Virus record (IMG/VR): IMGVR_UViG_3300032080_000003
Span: 1-64,000 of that record
DNA from: a virus
Strand: one strand, 5' to 3'
Length of the DNA: 64,000 bases
The notes under the pieces were generated by a model that had not been told where the DNA came from, did no database searches, and was given only the letters and a program-made list of their open reading frames with translations. A program made the position numbers and the translations under genes. Positions 26,026-33,958 of this stretch are shown one piece after another (positions within the stretch are counted from its first letter, which is position 1; each line of letters opens with the position of its first letter).

Positions 26026-26148
26026 ATGACTTACCCAACAGATGTAGACGACTACGCAGAGGATACACAAGCTATACTTGAGCCATCATTTGATCTTGAC
26101 CCACAAGACTGGCTAGAGTATGATTACACATCGGCTGCAATTGATTAA
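26026..26148 (+). CDS. hyper-acidic micro-protein
   Basis: 40 aa: MTYPTDVDDYAEDTQAILEPSFDLDPQDWLEYDYTSAAID. 12 Asp/Glu and no Lys/Arg. Confidence 0.5.
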   Translation: MTYPTDVDDYAEDTQAILEPSFDLDPQDWLEYDYTSAAID

Positions 26149-26168
26149 TAAATATTAGGAGAGATGAT

Positions 26169-26381
26169 ATGCACACAGAAGAAATGTATACACATGAAAA
26201 CAGCAGTCAAGAATTCCGTGAAGGTTATCGTGAAGGGTTGGAGAAAGCTAAAGAGCTAGTTGAAGAATACCTTAGTGAACTCCGTGTTGATCGTAAGATT
26301 AATGAAGCTTGTTGGGTTAGTGTTGCACTAGAACGACTTGATGACGAGCATTCAATGTACATTGTAGGAGATGAGCAATGA
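26169..26381 (+). CDS. acidic small protein
   Basis: 70 aa, Glu-rich, with SD GGAGAG. Confidence 0.65.
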   Translation: MHTEEMYTHENSSQEFREGYREGLEKAKELVEEYLSELRVDRKINEACWVSVALERLDDEHSMYIVGDEQ

Positions 26382-26536
26382 ACCAAACCATCCACAAGAC
26401 ACTAGCAGCATTGCTCAAAGTGATCAAAGCTGAAGACAATAAGCAATTTGCTGTTGTGATTGATTATAAAGAAGATGGGACTAAAGAATATATTTTGTCT
26501 CGTCCGTATAAGAAAGATGTGGAAGAAAAAGAATGA
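26378..26536 (+). CDS. hypothetical small protein
   Basis: 52 aa. ATGA overlaps at both ends. Confidence 0.5.
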   Translation: MNQTIHKTLAALLKVIKAEDNKQFAVVIDYKEDGTKEYILSRPYKKDVEEKE

Positions 26537-26667
26537 GCACAGAATTTACAGAGGAAGAACTAGAAAGTAGCCTTGAAGTATGGATGATCAATAATCGGGA
26601 TGAGGCTATTGATGTGTTTGGTGAGGACATCGTATACGCCATTACAGATGAGGTAGAGTATGAGTGA
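26533..26667 (+). CDS. hyper-acidic micro-protein
   Basis: 44 aa: MSTEFTEEELESSLEVWMINNRDEAIDVFGEDIVYAITDEVEYE. 15 Asp/Glu versus 1 Arg. Confidence 0.5.
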   Translation: MSTEFTEEELESSLEVWMINNRDEAIDVFGEDIVYAITDEVEYE

Positions 26668-26812
26668 TACGGCATATGACATATTCTTGGATCACGCCAT
26701 TGACGAATACTACGAGGAATTAGGAGAGCTTGATATTCCTTGGCCAGATGAGCCCAAAGTGATTCCTTCAGATGATTACGATAATTATGATGGTTGGGAT
26801 GATATGCAATGA
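26660..26812 (+). CDS. hyper-acidic micro-protein
   Basis: 50 aa: MSDTAYDIFLDHAIDEYYEELGELDIPWPDEPKVIPSDDYDNYDGWDDMQ. 17 Asp/Glu versus 1 Lys. Confidence 0.5.
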   Translation: MSDTAYDIFLDHAIDEYYEELGELDIPWPDEPKVIPSDDYDNYDGWDDMQ

Positions 26813-26991
26813 AGCTGGTTAAAATCATTCCACATATTCCATACTACTTAGCTGATGGTAATATCTTACTTAAGAAATGGAAAGAAAGCTTCACAGACAG
26901 ACTTGGTAACAAGGCAACACTTACAAAAGTAGAAGTCTTGACAAAGAAGAGCAAGACTAATGAATATGTAATTCAAGTGGAGTGGGAATGA
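26809..26991 (+). CDS. hypothetical protein
   Basis: 60 aa. ATGA overlap with the upstream ORF. Confidence 0.6.
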   Translation: MKLVKIIPHIPYYLADGNILLKKWKESFTDRLGNKATLTKVEVLTKKSKTNEYVIQVEWE

Positions 26992-27299
26992 TGAGTGGAG
27001 AGAAGAAGGCTAAAGAGGTTGAGGTGGTGATTGTTTCTTTTACGCAATACACTGACTACCAGTTCGTAGAACCGGGATCCTTCTTCAGTATGTCGGCTAT
27101 GCAAGATTATTATTTCTACAAGACTTCTGATCGTAAATTGGCTCAAGATAAGTGTGATGAAATATTTGGTGCTGGACGGTATGTAGTGAAGACCTCAAAG
27201 AACATTGCCACAAAGAGTAAAAGAGAGGATGGTGGAGTATCGGCATCAGGTGTTAATTCACGCAAATGCTTTGCACCACAACTGAAGACAATAAAATGA
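26988..27299 (+). CDS. hypothetical protein
   Basis: 103 aa from the ATG that overlaps the upstream stop. Confidence 0.6.
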   Translation: MMSGEKKAKEVEVVIVSFTQYTDYQFVEPGSFFSMSAMQDYYFYKTSDRKLAQDKCDEIFGAGRYVVKTSKNIATKSKREDGGVSASGVNSRKCFAPQLKTIK

Positions 27300-27703
27300 A
27301 AGAAAAATATTTACTGGCCCTCATGGATATGGCATGCAGATTTGGCGAGACTAGTGAAGCCAATCGACTGAAAGTAGGCAGCTTGCTCTACAAGAATGAT
27401 AATATCATCGCTTTAGGGACTAATGGTACTCGTGCTGGCTGGCACACAAACGAGTGTGAGGATGAGACTGGACAAACTTCCCCAGCCGTAAGGCACAGCG
27501 AAATTGCATGCCTAGATAAGCTTAGGAAATCAACAGAGACAAGTATTGGTGCAACATTATTCGTGAGTCATTGCCCATGCCTTGCATGTAGTGTAGAATT
27601 AGTTGAAGCTGGGATTGAGAAAGTTTTTTACAGGCACGAATATCGATCTGTTGATGGGATCGAGTATTTAAATAAACATGGTGTACCAACAATCAAGATT
27701 TAA
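27296..27703 (+). CDS. dCMP deaminase
   Basis: Zinc motifs HSEIACL and PCLACSVELVEAGIEKVFY (HxE ... PCxxC). Start at MKEKYLL (ATGA overlap). Confidence 0.85.
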   Translation: MKEKYLLALMDMACRFGETSEANRLKVGSLLYKNDNIIALGTNGTRAGWHTNECEDETGQTSPAVRHSEIACLDKLRKSTETSIGATLFVSHCPCLACSVELVEAGIEKVFYRHEYRSVDGIEYLNKHGVPTIKI

Positions 27704-27714
27704 GGAGAAACGAA

Positions 27715-28122
27715 ATGACTGAACAAGCTAATATGCTTTCACCGGAAGAAATTAAGGATACTACAGAGCTTCAATTTACAAGCCTTCGTAATTTTATGGC
27801 TGCACTCGACTATGAGACTATATATGGAATTACTGGTATTGAGTGTTTTGAGAGTGATGCCTACCATAATCGTGGCAGAAGTATTGTAAGTTTTCACAGT
27901 GCTGTACAGTGGCATAATGGGACACTTTATGAGCTTCACAGGAGTAAACTTAAGTTTGATTCGTATCGTCTTTTCAAAGCCTTCTATTCGAAAATTGTGA
28001 CAACAGTGAATCTTCAAAAGGCTAAGAAGACAGGATTCATAAAGCCCACTAGCAAATTTGTACAATTTATGTTCCCTGAATATTATAAAATGTGGATTTC
28101 ATCTAAATATTTCCCATTCTGA
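27715..28122 (+). CDS. hypothetical protein
   Basis: 135 aa with SD AAGGAG. Confidence 0.7.
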   Translation: MTEQANMLSPEEIKDTTELQFTSLRNFMAALDYETIYGITGIECFESDAYHNRGRSIVSFHSAVQWHNGTLYELHRSKLKFDSYRLFKAFYSKIVTTVNLQKAKKTGFIKPTSKFVQFMFPEYYKMWISSKYFPF

Positions 28123-28132
28123 GGATTATCTA

Positions 28133-28321
28133 ATGGACAAGACATCTGTATACCTCTTTAGTGATGGAAGCTGGTGCTGGGCTGCTGAAATGATGATCGA
28201 GAAGAATATTCTCAAAGGGGATGGTCATGAAGTGATCATTGGGACAGGCTGGCATAATTATGAAGTGAGTGAAATGCTTAAGAGTTATTTTGAGGAGAAT
28301 CGGGATCACATTTTTGGATAA
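28133..28321 (+). CDS. hypothetical small protein
   Basis: 62 aa from the ATG after GAGGA. The track start 28058 overlaps the previous gene. Confidence 0.55.
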   Translation: MDKTSVYLFSDGSWCWAAEMMIEKNILKGDGHEVIIGTGWHNYEVSEMLKSYFEENRDHIFG

Positions 28322-28327
28322 TTTTAG

Positions 28328-28360
28328 GCCCTCGATGTTGTATAGTCGAGGGTCTTCTGC
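28328..28360 (+). terminator. hairpin ccctcga-N10-tcgaggg with a weak U-run
   Basis: Intergenic, after 28321. Confidence 0.45.
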
Positions 28361-28395
28361 TATCATGTATTTTATAAATTAAAAGGTGAAAGTCT

Positions 28396-28584
28396 ATGAC
28401 GCTATTTGAATTCTTCAACTTACCTGAAGAGGAAAAAACATTCCTGATGCTTCAGGCTATAGAGAAATCCATAGAAGCTCAATTAGAGAGTCTAAAACAA
28501 ATTCAGGAGGATAGTGATGACACAAAACCAACTACTAAAACAGCTTCACAGCATCAACAAACAGCTTGTACTCTGCTCAAATAA
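28396..28584 (+). CDS. hypothetical small protein
   Basis: 62 aa with SD AAAGG. The 3' 68 nt overlap the next ORF. Confidence 0.5.
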   Translation: MTLFEFFNLPEEEKTFLMLQAIEKSIEAQLESLKQIQEDSDDTKPTTKTASQHQQTACTLLK

Positions 28585-28687
28585 AATGCATAGGATTAGT
28601 GAGAAACTTAATATCCCTGATAATGAAGATATCAAGAAAGTGATACAGGATGTTGAAGAATTGATTAGAATTGGAGAAGAGAAATGA
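28517..28687 (+). CDS. hypothetical small protein (out-of-frame overlap with 28396..28584)
   Basis: 56 aa. ATG lies 6 nt after AGGAGG, and the stop overlaps the ATG of 28684 (ATGA). Confidence 0.5.
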   Translation: MTQNQLLKQLHSINKQLVLCSNKMHRISEKLNIPDNEDIKKVIQDVEELIRIGEEK

Positions 28688-28932
28688 GTAGAGTTTACAC
28701 AAAAGATGGAATAGTTTACATATCTTTTCAAGACATAGTAGATTTTGCTTACTCTTGTGCTGTGTCAACATCAGCGCTATCTTGGGATGAAATGGAGATA
28801 TGGCACCAAGAAGAAATTAACAAAGAATATGGAATCTATACGGAAAAAGTTTATGAAGATGTACCTCAAGAAGAAATAGAAAAGTATGAAGATTGGTTAA
28901 AAGATCTTCTTGCTGACGAAGATAGCTATTAG
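28684..28932 (+). CDS. hypothetical acidic protein
   Basis: 82 aa, co-oriented. Confidence 0.65.
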   Translation: MSRVYTKDGIVYISFQDIVDFAYSCAVSTSALSWDEMEIWHQEEINKEYGIYTEKVYEDVPQEEIEKYEDWLKDLLADEDSY

Positions 28933-28952
28933 AATTTTACGAAGGAAGAGAA

Positions 28953-29051
28953 ATGAAATTTATAAATCTGGATGAACTAGATGCTAAAATTAAAGCTACA
29001 CCTTATGATGTTCTTGAAATCATCACAAAAATGAAGGAGAAGCTTCAATGA
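28953..29051 (+). CDS. hypothetical micro-protein
   Basis: 32 aa with SD GGAAGAG. Stop overlaps the ATG of 29048. Confidence 0.4.
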   Translation: MKFINLDELDAKIKATPYDVLEIITKMKEKLQ

Positions 29052-29464
29052 ACACATCCTTCATTCCTATGACTCAAGAACAACGTGCCCAAGCCAAGCT
29101 TAAACGTGAAGCTGATCAGCAATATGCACGGACACATCTTAAAACTGTATACGCTGACCAACAGCATTGGAGTGTGCTTTGTTCAAAGTATTCGTGTAAG
29201 CTTCCCGGATGGTGGTATCCGATTACAGATATCAAATACATGCGGCGTGTGGCTAAGAAGGCTAATTATGATATCAATCTATTCTTGGAAGCATCTGGTT
29301 TTAGTAATCTGAAAGAGTTTGCAAATACAAACAATACATTGACAGCTGTAGCTGGTGTAGGGATTCTTTTAGAGGAAATTGATGACTACTTTACACAGCA
29401 ACATAAATACCCTGTCAAAAACACCTTAGAATCAAAGAAGAATGGCAGTTGTTCAGGCAAATAG
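29048..29464 (+). CDS. hypothetical protein
   Basis: 138 aa. Confidence 0.7.
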   Translation: MNTSFIPMTQEQRAQAKLKREADQQYARTHLKTVYADQQHWSVLCSKYSCKLPGWWYPITDIKYMRRVAKKANYDINLFLEASGFSNLKEFANTNNTLTAVAGVGILLEEIDDYFTQQHKYPVKNTLESKKNGSCSGK

Positions 29465-29517
29465 TGGTATCTAGAACGGCGATAGATTAAAAACTATATC
29501 CGTCATTAGATCAGATT

Positions 29518-29545
29518 TTACAAGGTTGTTTTACTAGCATAAAAT
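29518..29545 (+). promoter_or_regulatory. sigma70-type promoter TTACAA-16-TAAAAT
   Basis: Lies in the 110-nt gap before 29595. Confidence 0.5.
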
Positions 29546-29594
29546 ACGCTATCTTCCCTTAAACAACAAATTAATGGGCTACAGGAGAAACAAG

Positions 29595-29840
29595 ATGATT
29601 CGTACACGAATGACAACTGACAAGAACGGTAAAGAATCTAGTGTATTCTATGAAACCACCACAGGAGCTACACTGAAACAAATTAATGCTGTAACAATCT
29701 TAATTGTCCCTAATGCTGTCATCACTGTTGTCTATAAAGCCTCTGTTCCCTATATTTACTTGCCTCATAGAGATATGGCCCTTGTAAGTCTTAAAGATGC
29801 TATTGAAAAACATTCTTTAATAATTGATCTTGTGAGCTAG
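29595..29840 (+). CDS. hypothetical protein
   Basis: 81 aa from the ATG after CAGGAGAAAC. Confidence 0.6.
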   Translation: MIRTRMTTDKNGKESSVFYETTTGATLKQINAVTILIVPNAVITVVYKASVPYIYLPHRDMALVSLKDAIEKHSLIIDLVS

Positions 29841-29844
29841 GGAT

Positions 29845-30072
29845 ATGGAACGTGACGAGGCATATGAAAGCATCCTTACACAAAAGCATAATCAAGCCCT
29901 GTGTGCCATACATTCTCTCTTTGAAGGAGATAAAGAGGCTGCACATGTGTGGATGATGCTCCCTAACAATGCTTTGGAAGGGGAAACACCTATTAGTCTC
30001 TTGTGGAGTCACTGTGGGTGTGATATGGTGGTGAGGTTAGTACATAAACTTGAGAATGGGGTGGTGGTGTGA
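29845..30072 (+). CDS. hypothetical protein
   Basis: 75 aa. Confidence 0.65.
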   Translation: MERDEAYESILTQKHNQALCAIHSLFEGDKEAAHVWMMLPNNALEGETPISLLWSHCGCDMVVRLVHKLENGVVV

Positions 30073-30347
30073 AATATTATATTGTAGCTATGGATGATGA
30101 TTTCAAAATGTCGGAGCCTTTTGAGAAAGTGAATATTGGAGGTTTTATTACGGGGGCGGGATCAGCACGTTTTACAGATGATAGTGAGAACCTTATGGAG
30201 ATTCATAGAATAGGAGGTAAGGTTACTGCGTTATCCGAAAACCTTGCTCGGACTGTTCGATTGGACTTAACTAAAATGATTCTTGAGGGTAAATGTCACT
30301 CTTGGAAATCTATAAAAACTGATCTGGGGATATTTGATGACCAGTAA
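30069..30347 (+). CDS. hypothetical protein
   Basis: 92 aa. GTG start overlaps the upstream stop. Confidence 0.6.
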   Translation: MKYYIVAMDDDFKMSEPFEKVNIGGFITGAGSARFTDDSENLMEIHRIGGKVTALSENLARTVRLDLTKMILEGKCHSWKSIKTDLGIFDDQ

Positions 30348-30501
30348 AACACCACAACCCATGCCAGAAGGTATTAATAGATCCAATCGACCTAAAGCGC
30401 CTGCTGCACCTCCCAGAGCAAACAATCTCACTGTCGAACAAGCTTTCCAAATGGTTTTGGATAGATATGAGGATGCCCTAGAGGAGTTAGCTGATAAATG
30501 A
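30337..30501 (+). CDS. hypothetical small Pro-rich protein
   Basis: 54 aa. Overlaps both neighbours. Confidence 0.45.
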   Translation: MTSKTPQPMPEGINRSNRPKAPAAPPRANNLTVEQAFQMVLDRYEDALEELADK

Positions 30502-30845
30502 ATAAATGCATATGTGGAAAGAGAGAACAGAATAAGTGTTGCGTGGAATCTGACACAAAGACTTGGAAGATGTGTTTGAAAGAAGATATGACACTATCAG
30601 ATCATGAGAAACGTCTTCTGAGTGATCCTGACTACCAGAGTCTTTGGTTTGAACAAATGACTAATTTAAACAAATCAATAACGATAACAGATGTAAAGAA
30701 ATTTCAATGGTGTGCAAAAATTGCCTTATATTTACAAGACTATGATTGGTCCCTTGAAGAAGCTTATACCTTAGCTGAAAATCTTCACTTTAGTTACGTA
30801 GTAGAACCTGAAGACTACGAGAAGCTGATCCGATTGAAACTATAA
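30498..30845 (+). CDS. hypothetical protein
   Basis: 115 aa. Confidence 0.65.
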   Translation: MNKCICGKREQNKCCVESDTKTWKMCLKEDMTLSDHEKRLLSDPDYQSLWFEQMTNLNKSITITDVKKFQWCAKIALYLQDYDWSLEEAYTLAENLHFSYVVEPEDYEKLIRLKL

Positions 30846-30860
30846 AAGAAGGAATGACTT

Positions 30861-31076
30861 ATGAAACACATAACAACAGTAATACTACTGGCGGTGTTCA
30901 CAACACTCCTCACAGGCTGCTCTCTATCCCTTGAGGATGTACAGCTACGTGAAGCTGCATGTCGATCACATGGCGGCAAAGTTGTACGGGTTGTGTCAGG
31001 CAACAGCATCAACCATATCAATTGTATTGTAGATGGGGCTGAGTATTGGGTGGCTCCAAGTGGGGTGTTGAAGTGA
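30861..31076 (+). CDS. small lipoprotein
   Basis: Signal peptide plus lipobox: MKHITTVILLAVFTTLLTGC. The ~51-aa mature part has 2 further Cys. Confidence 0.7.
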   Translation: MKHITTVILLAVFTTLLTGCSLSLEDVQLREAACRSHGGKVVRVVSGNSINHINCIVDGAEYWVAPSGVLK

Positions 31077-31327
31077 ATCCTTATGGTTATATTGAGTTTT
31101 GGAATCCAAAAGTTAGCCAGTTGGTAAACCTAATCCCATATCTTGAAGAAAATCGCACTGTAGCTTTTATTTGGATTTATGGGGAAGTTGCTAAACTGGT
31201 AGATGAGTATTCAGACTTGCCCAAGAGCCATCATCTAGCGAGGCCAACATTCCTAGGTTTTACTAAGGAAGAAGCTTATGCAAAATACACATTGAACAGA
31301 GAACTTCTGATGGGAGGTAGGATGTGA
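31073..31327 (+). CDS. hypothetical protein
   Basis: 84 aa from the GTG overlapping the lipoprotein stop. The track start 31046 is a TTG inside the lipoprotein gene. Confidence 0.5.
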   Translation: MNPYGYIEFWNPKVSQLVNLIPYLEENRTVAFIWIYGEVAKLVDEYSDLPKSHHLARPTFLGFTKEEAYAKYTLNRELLMGGRM

Positions 31328-31530
31328 TGAAAGGGCTAGTAAGATATGTCGGTGTAAAAGATAATGGGGTATACTACAGAGTTTATGAAAGTAGTTTGAA
31401 GGCATCAGTTACATATCAGAATGAGGATGGTGAGTTTCCTATAGACTTTGAAAAGCTTCCTGATGGAATTAAACAATTGTTTACAGTGAAAGAAGTACAT
31501 AAACAATTGGGAATAAACATTACAGTATAA
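31327..31530 (+). CDS. hypothetical protein
   Basis: 67 aa. The ATG overlaps the upstream TGA. Confidence 0.6.
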   Translation: MKGLVRYVGVKDNGVYYRVYESSLKASVTYQNEDGEFPIDFEKLPDGIKQLFTVKEVHKQLGINITV

Positions 31531-31579
31531 AATATGTAGCCTATGAGCATCAATAATACATGACATTCATTCTATTGTG

Positions 31580-31616
31580 GCCCTTGTGCATCATTGTGCA
31601 AGGGCTTTGTTTGTTA
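31580..31616 (+). terminator. rho-independent terminator
   Basis: gcccttgtgca-tcat-tgtgcaagggc followed by TTTGTTTGTT. Confidence 0.7.
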
Positions 31617-31647
31617 ATTGAAATATAGGGGATGTGGTAGATAAAAT

Positions 31648-32646
31648 ATGAGTAGTCTAGAAGAGTTGATTATAGATGGGGAACTTAGAACAGATGACGA
31701 TTTTGTTGGTAGATTATTTGGAAGTTCTACGGTTGTAGGTTGGAATGGAAGAATGGAGGGACAGACAAGTAAAAGATTTATTTTAAGATGTAGTGTTTGT
31801 GCTGAGGATATAGAGCTGTTTAAGGGCGGTTACTTTATCACAACAAAACACCATTTATTAAAAGGTCACAAGCCATGTGGTTGTTCTGGGAAATTCGCTT
31901 GGACAGAACATCAGTACAAAATCAGGGCCTCAAGATCTGCAAAATTAAAAGGGGTGAGATTTATAGGTTGGGCTTCAGAGTACAAGAAGTCTAACTTTAC
32001 TAAGGTGCTACTTGAATGTCCAGTACACGGAGAGTATTCAGGTTCTCTTCTGTGTGCGTTGTTGGACAAGAACTACGACTCTGGTTGTAATGGTTGTAAA
32101 GCCGTTAAGATGGGAGACTTTAAGAGAAAAGATGATGAGGTTATGATAAAACGCTTCATGGAGTCTGGATTCCCTTCAGGGACAATATTCACAAGAAGCT
32201 CCAGACTTGATAAGAACGGGCACAAGAAATATTGGAATGTTTATTGTCCTGAATGTGAAACTCACGGAGAGGGGCACATTGTAGGTTTGTATAAAGGCAG
32301 TAGGTGCTGTAAGTGTAGTCATCAACGACCTCAAGAAACCTATATAAACTTGGTAATGGATGACTCTCACACACTTGCAATTAAGTTTGGTGTGGCTAAC
32401 ATATCATCCGAGAGGATTAAGTCTCAGAATCTAAACTCCGTTTATTCCATTATTAATTATGGTGTATGGACTTATCCTGATATACAGTCATGTAAGGCAG
32501 CTGAAAGAACCTGTATGCATTCGATGACAGTAGGGGTTTTAAGTAAGTATGAAATGGCGGATGGATATACAGAAACTACTTTCCCCTCAAATATAGAACA
32601 TGTAATCAGAATATTTGAAGAGCATGGTGGAGTCAGAAATATCTAA
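31648..32646 (+). CDS. free-standing Cys-rich protein with T5orf172/GIY-YIG-like C-terminal region (homing-endonuclease-like)
   Basis: 332 aa with repeated CxxC/CxC pairs. The C-terminus TLAIKFGVANISSERIKSQ resembles the T5orf172 domain. Bracketed by terminators. Confidence 0.5.
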   Translation: MSSLEELIIDGELRTDDDFVGRLFGSSTVVGWNGRMEGQTSKRFILRCSVCAEDIELFKGGYFITTKHHLLKGHKPCGCSGKFAWTEHQYKIRASRSAKLKGVRFIGWASEYKKSNFTKVLLECPVHGEYSGSLLCALLDKNYDSGCNGCKAVKMGDFKRKDDEVMIKRFMESGFPSGTIFTRSSRLDKNGHKKYWNVYCPECETHGEGHIVGLYKGSRCCKCSHQRPQETYINLVMDDSHTLAIKFGVANISSERIKSQNLNSVYSIINYGVWTYPDIQSCKAAERTCMHSMTVGVLSKYEMADGYTETTFPSNIEHVIRIFEEHGGVRNI

Positions 32647-32657
32647 AGTACTTAATA

Positions 32658-32692
32658 ATAGGGCTTGCTTTCATAGGAGCCCTATTTTATTT
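32658..32692 (+). terminator. rho-independent terminator
   Basis: atagggct-N12-agccctat followed by TTTTATTTG. Confidence 0.75.
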
Positions 32693-33179
32693 GTCTGCAA
32701 GAAAATATCCCAATTCCCCTATAACCCAGATATCGAGTAGTTGCACTTAACGCACCAAGAGGGTGCACAAATATACCCTCCGTTGATTATAAAATATTAG
32801 AAGCTATCTTTCCAATTGATTGTCACTATCAGTTATAGCTTAACGATAGAATTAAATAGATAAGTTAGACAGCCACCTCGGCAAACCCCCTTAGCAAATA
32901 AACTGCTTGACTAATCACACTCACTATGATGAGACATACCTTGCACACTAACGTTACGTCGAACTGATATTATGTTCAAGTAATACTATAACACTTTCTC
33001 TGTTCACTCACAGATAGCACTACTTGTCAACACATTTACTTTACCCACTACCACACTCTACCTCAGTAAGCAACTCTCTTGCACTATCTTAGCTAATACC
33101 TATTGATTAGTACATTGTGATGAGATTATTCTATTATTGCATAATAATTGTTGACTATTATGTGTATGTGTGAGGTGGA

Positions 33180-33290
33180 ATGAAATCGTTACAGGGGATA
33201 ATGTCTGCCGTGCTTAATCGAATGATTAATCTCGGCTATCCTCACAGAGATAAAAAGTACACTGATGAGTGTAAGTTTACAGATGCTTAA
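33180..33290 (+). CDS. possible 36-aa peptide in the otherwise non-coding convergent region
   Basis: ATG lies 4 nt after GAGG. Sequence MKSLQGIMSAVLNRMINLGYPHRDKKYTDECKFTDA. The stop lies in the hairpin taaacct-N10-aggttta. Weak call. Confidence 0.25.
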   Translation: MKSLQGIMSAVLNRMINLGYPHRDKKYTDECKFTDA

Positions 33291-33313
33291 ACCTAGTTGC
33301 TATAAGGTTTAGA

Positions 33314-33372
33314 GGGAGATTTGACAGTAGAGATTTAGAAGGGATTATTGACTAATAGAGGATTACTTAGAA
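33314..33372. repeat. imperfect tandem duplication (27 + 32 nt)
   Basis: gggagatttgacagtagagatttagaa followed by gggattattgactaatagaggattacttagaa. Sub-motifs GGGAxxTTGAC and TAGAGxATTxxTTAGAA each occur twice. Confidence 0.5.
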
Positions 33373-33379
33373 CGAACTA

Positions 33380-33401
33380 AAGGCCACTACATAGTGGCCT
33401 T
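33380..33401. terminator. 9-10 bp GC-containing hairpin aaggccacta/tagtggcctt (candidate bidirectional terminator)
   Basis: Flanked by the direct repeat cttagaac (33366 and 33399). Poor U-runs on both strands. Confidence 0.4.
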
Positions 33402-33479
33402 AGAACATCCTGCTAATTGATTAATCTTCCCAAGAATGAAAACCTACAACACCGCCTGCATCATTGACAATCTTTTGAA

Positions 33480-33749
33480 TTACTTCCTTAGGAACCCAAC
33501 CAAACACAAGTTAGTCTGCACATCTGGACCATTCTTATACTGTTCCAAACTGTCGTAATGTTTACTTGGAAAACCGACTTCAAAAGAATCATAAAAACTG
33601 TAGTCGTCGAAAGTGTTTCTAGGGTTACAGTAGTGGTTTTTAGAAGCTTGAACAGAAAGTGTATTACCATCCGCAAGTTTCAAACTTCTTGTGTTAGGAA
33701 AGAATTGTTTAGTACGACCTTCTTGCATCCAATCGGTAAAAGTTTTCAT
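33480..33749 (-). CDS. hypothetical protein
   Basis: 89 aa, the last gene of the leftward block. SD GGAAGGA. Confidence 0.65.
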   Translation of the reverse strand: MKTFTDWMQEGRTKQFFPNTRSLKLADGNTLSVQASKNHYCNPRNTFDDYSFYDSFEVGFPSKHYDSLEQYKNGPDVQTNLCLVGFLRK

Positions 33750-33794
33750 CTCTGTATTCCTTCCTATTCAGTCTGTTTCGTTTCGATAAAGCCA

Positions 33795-33822
33795 ATTCTA
33801 ATCCTTTCAAAGCTAAGGTCAA
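33795..33822 (-). promoter_or_regulatory. sigma70-type promoter TTGACC-16-TAGAAT
   Basis: Minus-strand reading, upstream of 33749. Confidence 0.5.
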
Positions 33823-33958
33823 GAGCTATTTTCTTTCTTCTTTTCTATTGTTATTTGTAGATTGATAGAGAATGTTTATTACTTAAACCACTCCTCTGCG
33901 CTTATTTGCACCCTATTAAAGTATTACGGTTTAAAACTGCGCAGGGTGTTAAGTTGGA

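Noticed and set aside
33025-33030. Minus-strand TTGACA with the same upstream context (AATGTGTTGACA) as the block-C promoters, in the gene-free zone
   Set aside because: - No acceptable -10 lies at 16-18 nt (GTGAAC or TGAACA).
- There is no downstream gene on that strand before the rightward terminator.
- It is kept only as context for the non-coding-zone finding.
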